Shown here piece after piece: positions 49,253 to 59,952 of a stretch of DNA of 64,000 nucleotides. Position numbers and translations under genes: made by a program. Each line of letters opens with the position of its first letter. The stretch's first letter is position 1. The notes beneath the pieces are model-generated. The model had not been told where the DNA came from. It was given only the letters and a program-made list of their open reading frames with translations, and searched no databases. The stretch is taken from contig OZ219753.1 of assembly GCA_964291315.2 (NCBI GenBank), positions 640,001 through 704,000 of the forward strand, read 5' to 3'. Source of the stretch: Candidatus Poribacteria bacterium. Its GTDB lineage: Bacteria; Poribacteria; WGA-4E; WGA-3G.

Positions 49253-52090
49253 CTATTTGTCAGACGATTTGAGCTCTCCCCAACGCGTCGTGAGCTTACC
49301 CCTCGCAGAGACATCCCCCCGCAGATGCGTCGTCCGTAACGTTGTGCGCACCCCGTCCATAGAGACGTCTTCTATCTGGTAGTAATAGACGGCGTTGGGT
49401 TTCGCAGTGGTATCTGTGTAGGTATAGACGTGCTTCTCGGAGGTCGTGCCGTGTCCCGCAATCAGACCCTTGGTGTTGATAGCCTTGAACTCGCCCGTCT
49501 TGCTCTCACTGCGTAGGATATTGAACCCGGCGTTGTTGAGTTCGGACTGCGTCACCCACGTAATCTCAACGGGGCCCGTCGAGACGTTGCGCACAGGCCG
49601 GAAACTTGAGAGGGAAACGGGTAGCGGACCACCGACCCGATAGCCGGGGGAACTGATATCGTCGCGGTGTCCGTAATACGTCAGCGAGGCCCCTGCTAGG
49701 TTTGACTGCCGCCAAGAGGCTTGCATCAAACCATCATCCGGATTGGAACCGCCTTTATACGTGCGGGTGATAGACATCCGCATCTCACCGCGCTCGGGCA
49801 AATCCCAGGCGTGGGTGCGCACCGTCCCCGATATCTCAATGTTGCCGGCTGTGTCCACAGCCATCAACGCCGAGTCACCGTCTTTGTTGACCTTCGCACG
49901 AAGCTCCAGATGGAAGCCCGCCGCACTCAGCAGCTGCCGACCCCGCATTGTCAAACCCAGAGCACTCCCGTGCTTCTCCTGCAAGTTATAAACGTAGTTC
50001 TCCGCAACATCGTTCGCACCATTGTTCGACACTAGCAGCAACGTCTGATTCGGCGGCAGATACGTGTCCGCAGCAAATGTGAACTTCGCATTGACATACG
50101 AACCCGTCACTGTCCGCTCATTGCGAACCTCTAACTCCCAGCCCGCAAGGTCTATGGTCTCGCTCATAGAGCTGTTGTAGAGTTCTATCCACTGCGCCAA
50201 GTTGCCGCGGGGCCCCGCATCAAACATAATCTCGCTGATGCTCACTTTGCCATCGAAGACGTAGTCATCGTCAGTCGATGCGGTGTTTTTGTCATCCGCG
50301 ATCATACTCACCCCTATGTTCGGATACCCCGGCGTGCCAGGGGAAGTCGCTGTGTCAACCGTTTTATCGCGCCCGCGATCGTAGCCGGCACCCATGAACC
50401 CGAAGGTCATCCAATCGTCTTTGTGAACGCGGTTCGCACGAGACTTCGCCCAATACATGCCCTTCGCATTCAACTGAGCCTCCCGACCGAACGACATACT
50501 CGTAGAGGCGAAGGTATTCATGCTACCGAAGTCCTCAACGTCTCCCGGGGCAGACCACGCTACAAACGGCCACACACTTGTATCGAACTTCTTATCTTCC
50601 ATGCGCTTGAAGAAACCGTTGCCGACGTAGTCCTTGACGTTTGACGGCTTGCCAACGTCATCGGCATGATTCCGCGTGCGCAACAGGATCAAGAACTTGC
50701 CTTCAGCAGGCAGCTTCAGGTCTGTCTCTACCACATACTTGTGTGTGGCACCCTTTTTGATATGCGTTTTCGCAGAGAGATCCTGAAGTTTTTCACCGCC
50801 AGCGAACCCAACGCTCTTCCCAGGCTCCCGGTTATAGATCACGACATACTCGCCCGGTGTCATCTCGTATTTCGGCAGCACAGCGAGTTTGGTCTCCGTG
50901 AAGTTCGCATCGCCCGACTCGTGATAGCTCCCATCAGCCTTCATCTTCCCCATCACCAGGCTCAACTTATAGTTCTCTATATTCACGGGCTTGGCTTCGG
51001 GATCATCACTGTTATAGAGCAGCTCTATCCAATCCAAGTTCGCACTTGAGGGATCGTTGCGCACCTCGTTGATGATGATGCCTGTGTGAGAGATAGAGGC
51101 AGGGGTCATATTAAACAAGGCTGCACCCGGGCCACCCGGATTAAGCGAGTGAACTTCCCCCGGACTCCCTTTATAATTACCTGAGAAGTAACTATAGCGA
51201 TATTTAGAGGCTTCCCAGGAGCTTGCTTCGTTGCCTTCCCCGAGCCCTTTTAGTTTTCCACCTTCCACTTTATACGCCATACCCGTGTCATCTAGATCGA
51301 TCTTGCGATACATGGAGACCATCGCATTGTCAGGATCCCCGGTATCCCTATCGGTAGGTAGATCAATCTCAGTGGTAGAAGGATCAGCATCGGGCTCACC
51401 ATCGGCAGTATCGCCATCCGCACCTTTCAGCTCCCACGGGTTACCAAAACGATCGATCGTGGCGACGCGATCCAAAACAACAAACTTGCGGTCATCTGTG
51501 CCCGTATCATCATCATCGTCCCACATGAACGTCTGACCCGGTTCGGGGACAGCGGCTTTGTCTAAACGGGGATGCGTGCGCCATCTGATATAATCGTTGG
51601 CTTTCAAAGCGACGCCAGCGTTATAGAGTTCAAACCATTGGGCACCGGTTCTGCGCGGGAAATCCGTTCCCCAATTCACCTCGGTGATGACGATGCGGTG
51701 CTTCATCTTCATCAGATCCGCATCTGACGCGTCGGCTTTTAGGGTATGCTTGTCAGCTCCATCGGCGGTAATTTCGGCTGCTAGCGGCACCCGCATTGAG
51801 ATTGTGATTGCGCCGCCGCGCACCAGTAAATCCTTCAGGTCTGCCAAATCAGTGACCTCCCGCGCGTGTACAGCGTTATCTATACGCACGTTAGCAGCAA
51901 CGCTCTGGTTACCGGCACCGAGACCCCTATCCTTCATAATGAGCGTAAAGCCCTTGGATTTCTTGAGTTCAGTCCAAGTCTTATAGTCATTGCCAGTTAT
52001 AACAGGTACGGTGATACCAAAAGCGTGTGTGGTTGCAAAGACAAACATGAGCCCTAAGACTACGAAAATTCTGATTTTATTCCATAACAT
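49253..52090 (-). CDS. Tandem paralog of the large secreted lamin-tail-domain protein
   Basis: Same architecture; near-identical C-terminal ~125 aa and an identical 41-bp start region. Confidence 0.85.
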   Translation of the reverse strand: MLWNKIRIFVVLGLMFVFATTHAFGITVPVITGNDYKTWTELKKSKGFTLIMKDRGLGAGNQSVAANVRIDNAVHAREVTDLADLKDLLVRGGAITISMRVPLAAEITADGADKHTLKADASDADLMKMKHRIVITEVNWGTDFPRRTGAQWFELYNAGVALKANDYIRWRTHPRLDKAAVPEPGQTFMWDDDDDTGTDDRKFVVLDRVATIDRFGNPWELKGADGDTADGEPDADPSTTEIDLPTDRDTGDPDNAMVSMYRKIDLDDTGMAYKVEGGKLKGLGEGNEASSWEASKYRYSYFSGNYKGSPGEVHSLNPGGPGAALFNMTPASISHTGIIINEVRNDPSSANLDWIELLYNSDDPEAKPVNIENYKLSLVMGKMKADGSYHESGDANFTETKLAVLPKYEMTPGEYVVIYNREPGKSVGFAGGEKLQDLSAKTHIKKGATHKYVVETDLKLPAEGKFLILLRTRNHADDVGKPSNVKDYVGNGFFKRMEDKKFDTSVWPFVAWSAPGDVEDFGSMNTFASTSMSFGREAQLNAKGMYWAKSRANRVHKDDWMTFGFMGAGYDRGRDKTVDTATSPGTPGYPNIGVSMIADDKNTASTDDDYVFDGKVSISEIMFDAGPRGNLAQWIELYNSSMSETIDLAGWELEVRNERTVTGSYVNAKFTFAADTYLPPNQTLLLVSNNGANDVAENYVYNLQEKHGSALGLTMRGRQLLSAAGFHLELRAKVNKDGDSALMAVDTAGNIEISGTVRTHAWDLPERGEMRMSITRTYKGGSNPDDGLMQASWRQSNLAGASLTYYGHRDDISSPGYRVGGPLPVSLSSFRPVRNVSTGPVEITWVTQSELNNAGFNILRSESKTGEFKAINTKGLIAGHGTTSEKHVYTYTDTTAKPNAVYYYQIEDVSMDGVRTTLRTTHLRGDVSARGKLTTRWGELKSSDK

Positions 52091-52741
52091 TACGTTTGTT
52101 CTCCTCTGTTATTGATATTGGTTAAATATAGACACGATGAGAGATGACCGCAGAGATAGCGGCCCCATTCTCGCTTACTTACACGTCAACTTTATCCTGA
52201 GGGAACCCCCTCAGATCTATTGATGTTAAGGCGTAACGGAGATTCTGCTGGAAACCTCCTGATTTCAACCTCCTTGTTCTCGCGCGTTAAATAGCAGTGC
52301 CAAAACTTCCTAAACTGTGTGCAAACAGAACAACAGAATAAAACAAAAACATATGAAAAGAATAGAACTACTGCTTCTTTTGCTATAGAATGGGGGTGGC
52401 TCCTGCCTATCTTCCGCTGCGGGAGGCTCTTTTGCCGGTGTGAGATCTCGTGCTGTTGGGTCAGCTGGCAAGCAGGCGCAAAGCGGGTAACATGGTAGAG
52501 CGAGGATATATTTTGTGATAGAGGGGATAAAACACTTATTGTGTGTGGAGTGGGGGGGGTAATCGCTAATAACCACAACAACAGCAGAGCTTAGGCGATA
52601 TAATGGGCACTGAATATCCGAGAGGGGGCTAAGCCTCTCTGACTTCATGATTCTGGAGGGAGTGTCTAAAGCTTTCATATGTCGCATAGATTACAAATTC
52701 ATTTTTGGACTATTTCGCCCTCTCTTTTCTACGATATATTA

Positions 52742-52771
52742 AATATATCTTAAAACGCACCTCAATGTCAA
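52742..52771 (-). promoter_or_regulatory. Candidate sigma-70 promoter about 650 nt upstream of the lamin-tail genes
   Basis: TTGACA-18-TATATT with an upstream A-tract. Confidence 0.5.
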
Positions 52772-52993
52772 GTTTTTTTATAAAAAAATCGGGGACACCT
52801 TTTTGACTATCATCCACTAAAATGTCAGATAGAGAATAGACAACCTCGCTCGGATGCAGATCTCACAGACGACCGGGTTTCTTTGACACGGCGTACTTTG
52901 CAAACCGCTGCAGACCATACGTTTTGTTGACGCAAAAACGTATATTTGGCAAAAGAGTGATACAATATATATTTATGCTCGATTTTTGAGTTT

Positions 52994-53023
52994 GTGAGAG
53001 AGGCTTTGCCAAATCTCTCTCAC
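52994..53023 (-). terminator. Hairpin downstream of pepA
   Basis: GTGAGAGAG / CTCTCTCAC inverted repeat 30 nt after the stop. Confidence 0.45.
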
Positions 53024-53053
53024 TTTAGGAATTTGAGGCAATTAGTTGAAGGT

Positions 53054-54541
53054 TTACCAGTCTTCGACCAGTTGCACTAACAGTCGTACCCCGTAGCCCG
53101 AAGCACCTTCTGGAATATAACTTGATCCCTTCATGCCCCAAGCCGTCCCCGCAATATCAAGATGGACCCACGGATAACCCTCGGCAAATTTTTTCAAGAA
53201 TGCGCCGCCTGCAATTGTGCCAGCTGTTCCGTCTCCGATATTTTGGACATCCGCGATCTTGCTTTTAACGCCTGCGTCGTAATCATCCCAGAGCGGCAGT
53301 TCCCAGACGCGTTCGTGTGTCTTTATCGCAGCGGATTTCACCTTTGCCATTAGTTCTGGGTTCGTGGTCATTGCTCCAGCAGCGATATGTCCTAAGCAGG
53401 TAATCACAGCTCCGGTGAGCGTTGCTAAGTCAATAACGCCTTTAGGATTATACTGTGCTGACCAACCGAGGGCATCTGCTAACACCAAGCGTCCCTCTGC
53501 GTCTGTATTGAGAATTTCGATTGTTTTTCCGCTGTAGGAAGTAACAACGTCCCCGGGCTTAATAGCTGTTCCGCCGGGCATGTTCTCCGTGGCAGCAATT
53601 GCACCGATCACATGCACATTCGGCTTGAGTTGACCGATCACCTGCATTGCTCCTATCACTGCAGCAGCACCCGACATATCATGTTTCATCTCGTGCATAC
53701 CACCCCCGGATTTCAAGGAAATTCCCCCTGTATCAAAGGTAATTCCTTTCCCAAGCAGCATGACAGTATCTTGCCCTTCACCGTCTGGAACGTATTCAAG
53801 GATAATAAATCGAGGTTCTTCAACGCTGCCTTGTGATACAGCAAGGAGAGTTCTGAACCCTTTTTCTGCCAATGTTGCTTTGTCAAAAATTTCACAATTG
53901 ATTCCTGTTACCCCTGCCACTACTGCGGCCTTTTCGGCGAGCTGCGTGGGTGTAAGGTGGTTCCCCGGTTGATTGCTTAAATCACGGGCGAGGAGGGTTC
54001 CATTGGCTATCACCTCCGCACGTTGAACAGCGTCTTCTATCGTTGCTCGGTTCTGCTCATTTTCAACCAAAAACGTGATGGATTCGATCTTTTTCTTTTC
54101 ATCGTCAACACTGCTATCGGTTTTATGCTCATTAAATTGATAGAGCGAAAGGATGCATGCCTCTGTAGCCGCTTGGATCATCTCCGGCGTGGTTTCGGCA
54201 GGGATAGGAATTGTCACAGTTCTTAAGCCCATGTCTCGGATCTTCCGTGCAGCGTGTCCTGCTGCCTGACGGACTTGCTCGGTAGTGAGATCGTGGTATT
54301 CGCCTAAACCTACTAATAGCACGCGGGGTGTACTTATGACCCTGTTTGTATAAAGCCAACTTGTTGTTTTATGTTTGCCCGTGAAGTCCCCAAGGTTTAT
54401 GAGTTCACGAATGCGTCCGCCGATGGCCTGCTCTATATTTTGAAGAGGCGCGCTGTAGAAATCAGGGTTTTCCAGTACACCTATGGCAATAACATCGCTC
54501 TGCTCTTGAGCAACTCCGCCTGTTTTGACAGTAATGTTCAT
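53054..54541 (-). CDS. pepA: Leucyl aminopeptidase (M17)
   Basis: GKGITFDTGG, MKHDMSG, NTDAEGRL, ATLTGA, HLDIAG. Confidence 0.96.
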   Translation of the reverse strand: MNITVKTGGVAQEQSDVIAIGVLENPDFYSAPLQNIEQAIGGRIRELINLGDFTGKHKTTSWLYTNRVISTPRVLLVGLGEYHDLTTEQVRQAAGHAARKIRDMGLRTVTIPIPAETTPEMIQAATEACILSLYQFNEHKTDSSVDDEKKKIESITFLVENEQNRATIEDAVQRAEVIANGTLLARDLSNQPGNHLTPTQLAEKAAVVAGVTGINCEIFDKATLAEKGFRTLLAVSQGSVEEPRFIILEYVPDGEGQDTVMLLGKGITFDTGGISLKSGGGMHEMKHDMSGAAAVIGAMQVIGQLKPNVHVIGAIAATENMPGGTAIKPGDVVTSYSGKTIEILNTDAEGRLVLADALGWSAQYNPKGVIDLATLTGAVITCLGHIAAGAMTTNPELMAKVKSAAIKTHERVWELPLWDDYDAGVKSKIADVQNIGDGTAGTIAGGAFLKKFAEGYPWVHLDIAGTAWGMKGSSYIPEGASGYGVRLLVQLVEDW

Positions 54542-54554
54542 AAATTCCTCTTTA

Positions 54555-54851
54555 TTATTTTAAATAGAAATATAATTTCAACTTGTTCGCATTACCGGTC
54601 AAGACAACTAGTAGTGCTTTGCCCGTAACGGTAATCGACTGGTAGGTATTCGCAGACACGTTTATGCGGTCCGCTGCTTTGACAGTTTCATTTGAGTTTT
54701 CAATTTCCATATCTGCTGTGTCAGATGGGATGCAGACGACTTCATCTTGCGTGTAGATATAGTCGAGATAGGTGCCGTCCAGGTGCCCGTTCCACTCGTA
54801 AGCATCAAAACCTTCATGTTGCAACCGTTGCTTTAAAGCCTCTACATCCAC
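54555..54851 (-). CDS. Small cupin-like protein, apparently degenerate
   Basis: L..EGF..YEW...Y......DEV...DR..V.ANT..S pattern, but the expected metal-binding His residues are absent. Confidence 0.5.
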   Translation of the reverse strand: MDVEALKQRLQHEGFDAYEWNGHLDGTYLDYIYTQDEVVCIPSDTADMEIENSNETVKAADRINVSANTYQSITVTGKALLVVLTGNANKLKLYFYLK

Positions 54852-54993
54852 ATACTGTTCCGGCTAGCGCGATTTCCAATCCATAGCGCGTCTCCTTGAT
54901 TTAGTTTCGGAAAAAGATTCTGTGAATTACATTATATTTTTATGGCACAAACCCTTCTTAACCGCGAACCAAAAAAATAATAACTAACTAAAA

Positions 54994-57699
54994 CTAAAGT
55001 GGTTCTAGGCGGACCGGACACACTTTTAGCTCAGCTGTGTGAGTAACCGGGTCGTAGCCGGAACCAGTTAATAAATTAACCGGTACATCTGCGAAGCTGA
55101 AACTAGCGAAAACTGTGCCGCGCGGTGAACGGTGCGTTGCTTTCACTTTGATAGTGATGCTTCCGCGCGCACTACTCATTTTACACCATTCGCCATCTGC
55201 TATTTTCCATTTCTTGAGGTCCTCCGGATTGACTTCCAACGATTCCTCAGGTAAAAGATAATCAATCCCTTCTGCTCTACCTGTTTGCGTCCGGGTGTGA
55301 TACGACTGCAAACGCCTCCCCGTTGTCAGCCAGATTGGAAACGCTTCGCTAATTGTCTCAGCAGGGTCTCGGTAATGTACATTTGAAAAGATACCACGCC
55401 CGTTGACAAATGTCTTTTTATGGAGTATCGGTGTGCCGGTATGTCCTTTGTGGGGTACGGGCCATTGATACTCGCCTTTCTCAATGCGTTCCCAATCTAG
55501 ACCTGCATAAATAGGCGAAACTCGACAGAGCTCATTGAAAATCGGTTTCGGGGCATCGAAATCAAAACCGTTAAGACCGAGGCGTTGGGCGATTTGACAA
55601 ATAATCCACCAATCCGGTTTTGCTTCACCTGGCGGTGGCACTGCAGCGCGCATCCGCTGGACCCGTCGTTCTGTATTCGTGCAGACCCCATCCGTTTCAC
55701 CCCATGCGGTTGCTGGCAGCACAACATCAGCGAGTTCTGCGGTCTCAGTCAGGAAAATGTCAATAACGACGAGGTGCTCCAGCGAGGCGAGAGCGTGTTC
55801 ACAATGTCGCCGGTCCGGGTCAGAGATCAACGTGTTTTCGCCGTCAATGAGCATTGCGTAGATGCTGTCACCACAGAGCTCCAAAGCAGTAACCTTAGTA
55901 ATACCTTTCTCTAAATCAATTTCTCTGCCGTATTCTGCTTTAAACTTTGCCTGATGCTCAGTATCTGTAACAGACTGGAATCCGGGGTAGTTATTTGGTA
56001 ATGCACCGCTATCCCCTGCCCCTTGGATATTATTCTGTCCGCGCATCGGGTTAATACCAGTTCCCTCTCGCCCGATATTGCCGGTCATCAAGGCAAGATT
56101 GCACAAGCTCTGAACATTCTCAACACCACAGATATGCTCTGTGATTCCTAACGTGTAGTAGATAGCACTCTTATCGGCTCCGCCGTACCACATAGATGCG
56201 GTCTCAATATCTTTTGCGGGCACTCCTGTAATGGTTTCTGCCCACTCCGGGGTCCACTGACTGATGTGCTCAAAGAATTCCTCGAATCCGGTTGTGCGAT
56301 TTTTGATGAATTCTTCATCAATTAAACCTTCGCGAGCGATGACGTGTGCCATTCCCAACAGGAGAGCTGTATCCGAACCGACGCGGAGCGGCAGATAGAG
56401 GTCTGATATTTCTGATAACCCGATGCGTCGTGGATCTGCAACAATCAGTTTTGCCCCGCGGGCAATCGCTTTTTTTAGTCCGGTTGCGGCGACGGGATGG
56501 CACTCGGTCATATTTGTCCCGATACAGAAAATCACGTCCGGTTTTTGCATGTCGATGAGTGGATTAGACATCGCCCCACGTCCGATTGTCGCTGCCAGAC
56601 CGGCAACGGTCGGGGCGTGTCAGGCGCGGCTACAATTGTCGATATAGTTTGTACCAAACCCGGCACGAATAAACTTCTGCATGAGATATGCGGCCTCGGT
56701 GGGTGCGCGCCCAGAAGCAACACCGTAGATGCTATGTCTACCATGTTGTACATTGACCGTGTGGAAACCCTTGGCGGCCCTATCAAGGGCATTATCCCAT
56801 GTAGTCTTGTGCAGTTCCCCATCAGCGCCGCGGATGAGCGGGATTTTCAACCGATCTGGATGTTGAACAAAGTCGTAAGCGAATTGCCCTTTGACACAAA
56901 GTGCCCCCTGATTTGCGGGTCCGTCCATCGCCGGATGAATGCCAACAATCCTCTCATGTTTCGTCAGCACATCAACGGAACACCCGACCCCGCAATATGG
57001 ACAGATTGTCCGTGTTTTGTCAGGGACAGCGTCTTCTATATCGTTAAAGGCGCGGAGTGCTTTTTTGTCAGCAAGTGCCCCGGTCGGGCAAGTCTGGATG
57101 CACTGTCCACAAAAGGTGCAAGCCGAGTCCTTGAGGAGTCTGTCAAACTCGGTTGTAATTTGGGTATGAAAGCCGCGGTTCATGATGTTAATGGCATGGT
57201 CACCTTCTTGTTCAGCACAGACACGGACGCATCGATAACAGGAGATACAGAGGTCATAATCTCTGAGGATAAAAGGGTTGTCGTCATCAGCTTTGCTTGC
57301 GCCAGATGTTGCCCCGGTTATAGGTGGATCGTTAATTTTGTATTTGTCGCGGAGGTCTGCGAGTTCTCTGGAAGCATACCCTCGTAATGGGGATACATCT
57401 ACCTCCCGGTTCTCACTAATAACCATTTCGACAAGCGTTTTTCGGTAAGCCTCTATTGTATGAGTTGTCGTTCTGACTACCATCCCGGGTGTTGCTTTTG
57501 TTGTGCAAGATGGCACAGGATTTCGCGCACCCTCTAGCTCGACAATACAGAGACGACAGCCACCGAAAGGTTCAAGCCTTGGATCATAGCAGAGCGTTGG
57601 AATCTCTTTTTCATGGCGTTGGGCGATCTCAAGGATCGTTTCACCCTCGGAGAAGGGAACTTGAACCTCATCAATTTCGATTTTATGCGTCATGATCAT
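54994..57699 (-). CDS. fdhF: Selenocysteine-containing formate dehydrogenase alpha subunit (FdhF/FdhA type with N-terminal Fe-S domains), U360, 901 aa
   Basis: Track ORFs 56620-57699 and 54994-56571 are in one frame, joined by DNCSRA-TGA-HAPTVAGL; CPYCGVGC, RGQNNIQG, LTTGR motifs. Confidence 0.95.
56582..56619 (-). promoter_or_regulatory. SECIS element of the formate dehydrogenase gene
   Basis: UGA CAC GCC CCG ACC GTTGCC-GGTCT-GGCAGC, closely resembling the E. coli fdhF SECIS in position and GGUC loop region. Confidence 0.9.
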
Positions 57700-57955
57700 G
57701 CTCCAAATACGGAATTAGATGCATGGGTATTCCTATTCTTCAGCGAAATAGGTTTATAGGTGGCAATGCTGGCGCGTAATTTTTAAGGTGTCTATTCCAT
57801 GTAAGGGTTCAGCGATTCTTAGACAGGCATATTACAAATTAATATAACAAAAAATAAAAATCACTATGGTTAATTTAAGGTGTCATTTTTTCCACGTGTT
57901 CGTGGTGCGTTTTGTAAACACGCTAACAAGATATTGCTTGAAAAAACGCTTGATC

Positions 57956-59005
57956 TTAGTCAGTCTCTTTTTCAGTGAAATCGATCTGCGGCACCTTTAA
58001 CTCACCGGCAAGGATTCTCGCTTTTGCCTCTTCAACGGCTTTTTGTACGGGCTCCGGCACCTTGTCTTTCAACGCTGGATTATAGGTAAGTGTGATCGCT
58101 TCATCTGTTACCATGTTGAAAGTATAAATCTGAGGTTTAAATTTTCTGTTTTTAACAATCTCGGCAATTTTTACAAACGCGTTCGGTGTAATCACAGCAT
58201 TTGCGATCACAGTTGTTGGAGATATCGCACTTTTGTCGCGGTTCGCGCCGAACGTGTACACCGTTTTCCCTTCTCTTTGAGCAGTTTCTGCAGCCTCAAA
58301 GGCACCGAGTCCAGCTGCATCCGCGTTCGGAAAGATGAAGTCGACGCCTTCATTAATCTGTGCAAGTGCAAGCTCCTTGCCTTTGCCGATGTCCTCCCAA
58401 TTCCCGACGTATACCCAAGACACCTCTACATCCGGGTTCGCACTCTTTGCGCCGCCTTCAAATGCCATAAACGTGCTATTCACGGATGGAATGTTCTGTC
58501 CACCCATAACACCAAGTTTGTTCGTCTGGGTCATCATGCCTGCAATCATGCCTAAAAGATACGCGGGCTGCTCAACACGAAAGTTGGCTGCTGAGATGTT
58601 ATCGGTGACCGTGCCACCAGACGAGGTAATGAAAATCGTCTCAGGGAAATCCGGGGCTACTGCCTTTGCCGGATCTTGAAACTCATAGCCGTGTCCAAAC
58701 ACCATGTGGTAACCATCCAGTGCATAGGAACGGAATTGTTCTTCCTGATCTGTTGGTGTTCGTGCCTCAGCGTGGCTGATTTTGGCGCTGAGTTGTTTTT
58801 CAATCGCTTTTAGTCCTTCATAAGCCAAAGCGTTCCATCCGGCATCACTGATTGAACCTGGGAGGAGCATAGCGACCTTAAATTTCTCAGAGTCTTTTGC
58901 CTCCAGGTTTATCTGCACAGCAAATATAATCCCTATTGCGAAGAGGCACAGAAATGGCTTGTAGGTTGTAACATTTTTTCGTAACTTGTAAGATAAATGT
59001 TGCAT
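57956..59005 (-). CDS. BMP family ABC substrate-binding protein (nucleoside-type)
   Basis: PG.ISD.GWN..AYEGL, GHGYEF, AYLLG.IAG, F.GG....NPD. Confidence 0.92.
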   Translation of the reverse strand: MQHLSYKLRKNVTTYKPFLCLFAIGIIFAVQINLEAKDSEKFKVAMLLPGSISDAGWNALAYEGLKAIEKQLSAKISHAEARTPTDQEEQFRSYALDGYHMVFGHGYEFQDPAKAVAPDFPETIFITSSGGTVTDNISAANFRVEQPAYLLGMIAGMMTQTNKLGVMGGQNIPSVNSTFMAFEGGAKSANPDVEVSWVYVGNWEDIGKGKELALAQINEGVDFIFPNADAAGLGAFEAAETAQREGKTVYTFGANRDKSAISPTTVIANAVITPNAFVKIAEIVKNRKFKPQIYTFNMVTDEAITLTYNPALKDKVPEPVQKAVEEAKARILAGELKVPQIDFTEKETD

Positions 59006-59335
59006 GTCGAATTTTTCCTCACTTTATAGATGTGTGTCTATACAATATAGCACTTTTATAGAAAAAAGTAAAGTGAATAATGTAGGCTCAGAGTCATTTG
59101 GTTTTAACAGTCAGCAATCAAGTCGATCAGGGTTGTGTGTCAGCAAACATATCGGATATTTTTTTTCGGACGTTGATTCTATTGGCTTTCCGGACTAACA
59201 TTTGTGCTTATTCCATAAAAAGGCGTAACCTATCACAGAATTGCTGTTGACACACTGCGACAAATATCATATACTTTTCAGAAAGCCTATAATATACTAA
59301 CATTTTTTATCTGGCGGTTTCAGCAGTTAATACCA

Positions 59336-59914
59336 ATGAGAAATATGAAAAGTCCTTTTGAAGTCAAGATAAATACAAAAACTCATTTAGTAGTTCAAAG
59401 CGATACAAGACTTTGTTTAGGCGGTGTCGGAGCAAATTTTTATCGTCCGTTTGTCTTTCCGTTCTACACGCTAGCAGGCTATATTGTCGTCCAAGAATTC
59501 GCCTTCGATCATCCGTTCCACAAAGGCATTTTCGTGGGTCAAGGACCGATACAGGTCGGCAAAAGGGAATCAGGTTTCTGGGCCTCACCGCCCGGCCGCT
59601 CCTTTACAGATAGAGTATTTGAGAAAATGGGACGGATGGATCCCCAAAAAGATATCGACATCACTCTACATTCGAATGGTGTCCAGTTCGTTCAAAATGT
59701 CATCTGGCGAGATGAAAACGCAGATCCGTTGATTGATGAAATTCGCAATGTCAATTTTTATAGACTCGCTGATGCCACTGTCTGCGACATGACAAGTGAG
59801 AAGATAGCGTTTTATGGTTTTGCTACATACTCACAGACAAAATTCGGGGGCATCGGTATCCGCGTTGAACCGAGACTTTTGCGTGTTATGGGTGTGAATG
59901 TCCTCCTATTCTGA
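59336..59914 (+). pseudogene. Probably C-terminally truncated DUF6807 (PmoA-like family) protein
   Basis: RPFVFPFYT..G...DHPFHKGIF...E.R...FGGIGIR, then a stop soon after; family members usually continue for roughly 100 aa. Confidence 0.5.
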
Positions 59915-59952
59915 AAAACCCTCTGATTCTGTGACTCCTGATTTGGACAACT

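Noticed and set aside
56572-56622. Reading the FDH as a nonsense pseudogene or as two genes
   Set aside because: The TGA is at the canonical Sec position, the frame continues and a SECIS follows.
56497-57387. 296-aa plus-strand ORF
   Set aside because: Antisense shadow of the formate dehydrogenase gene, with no recognisable motifs.
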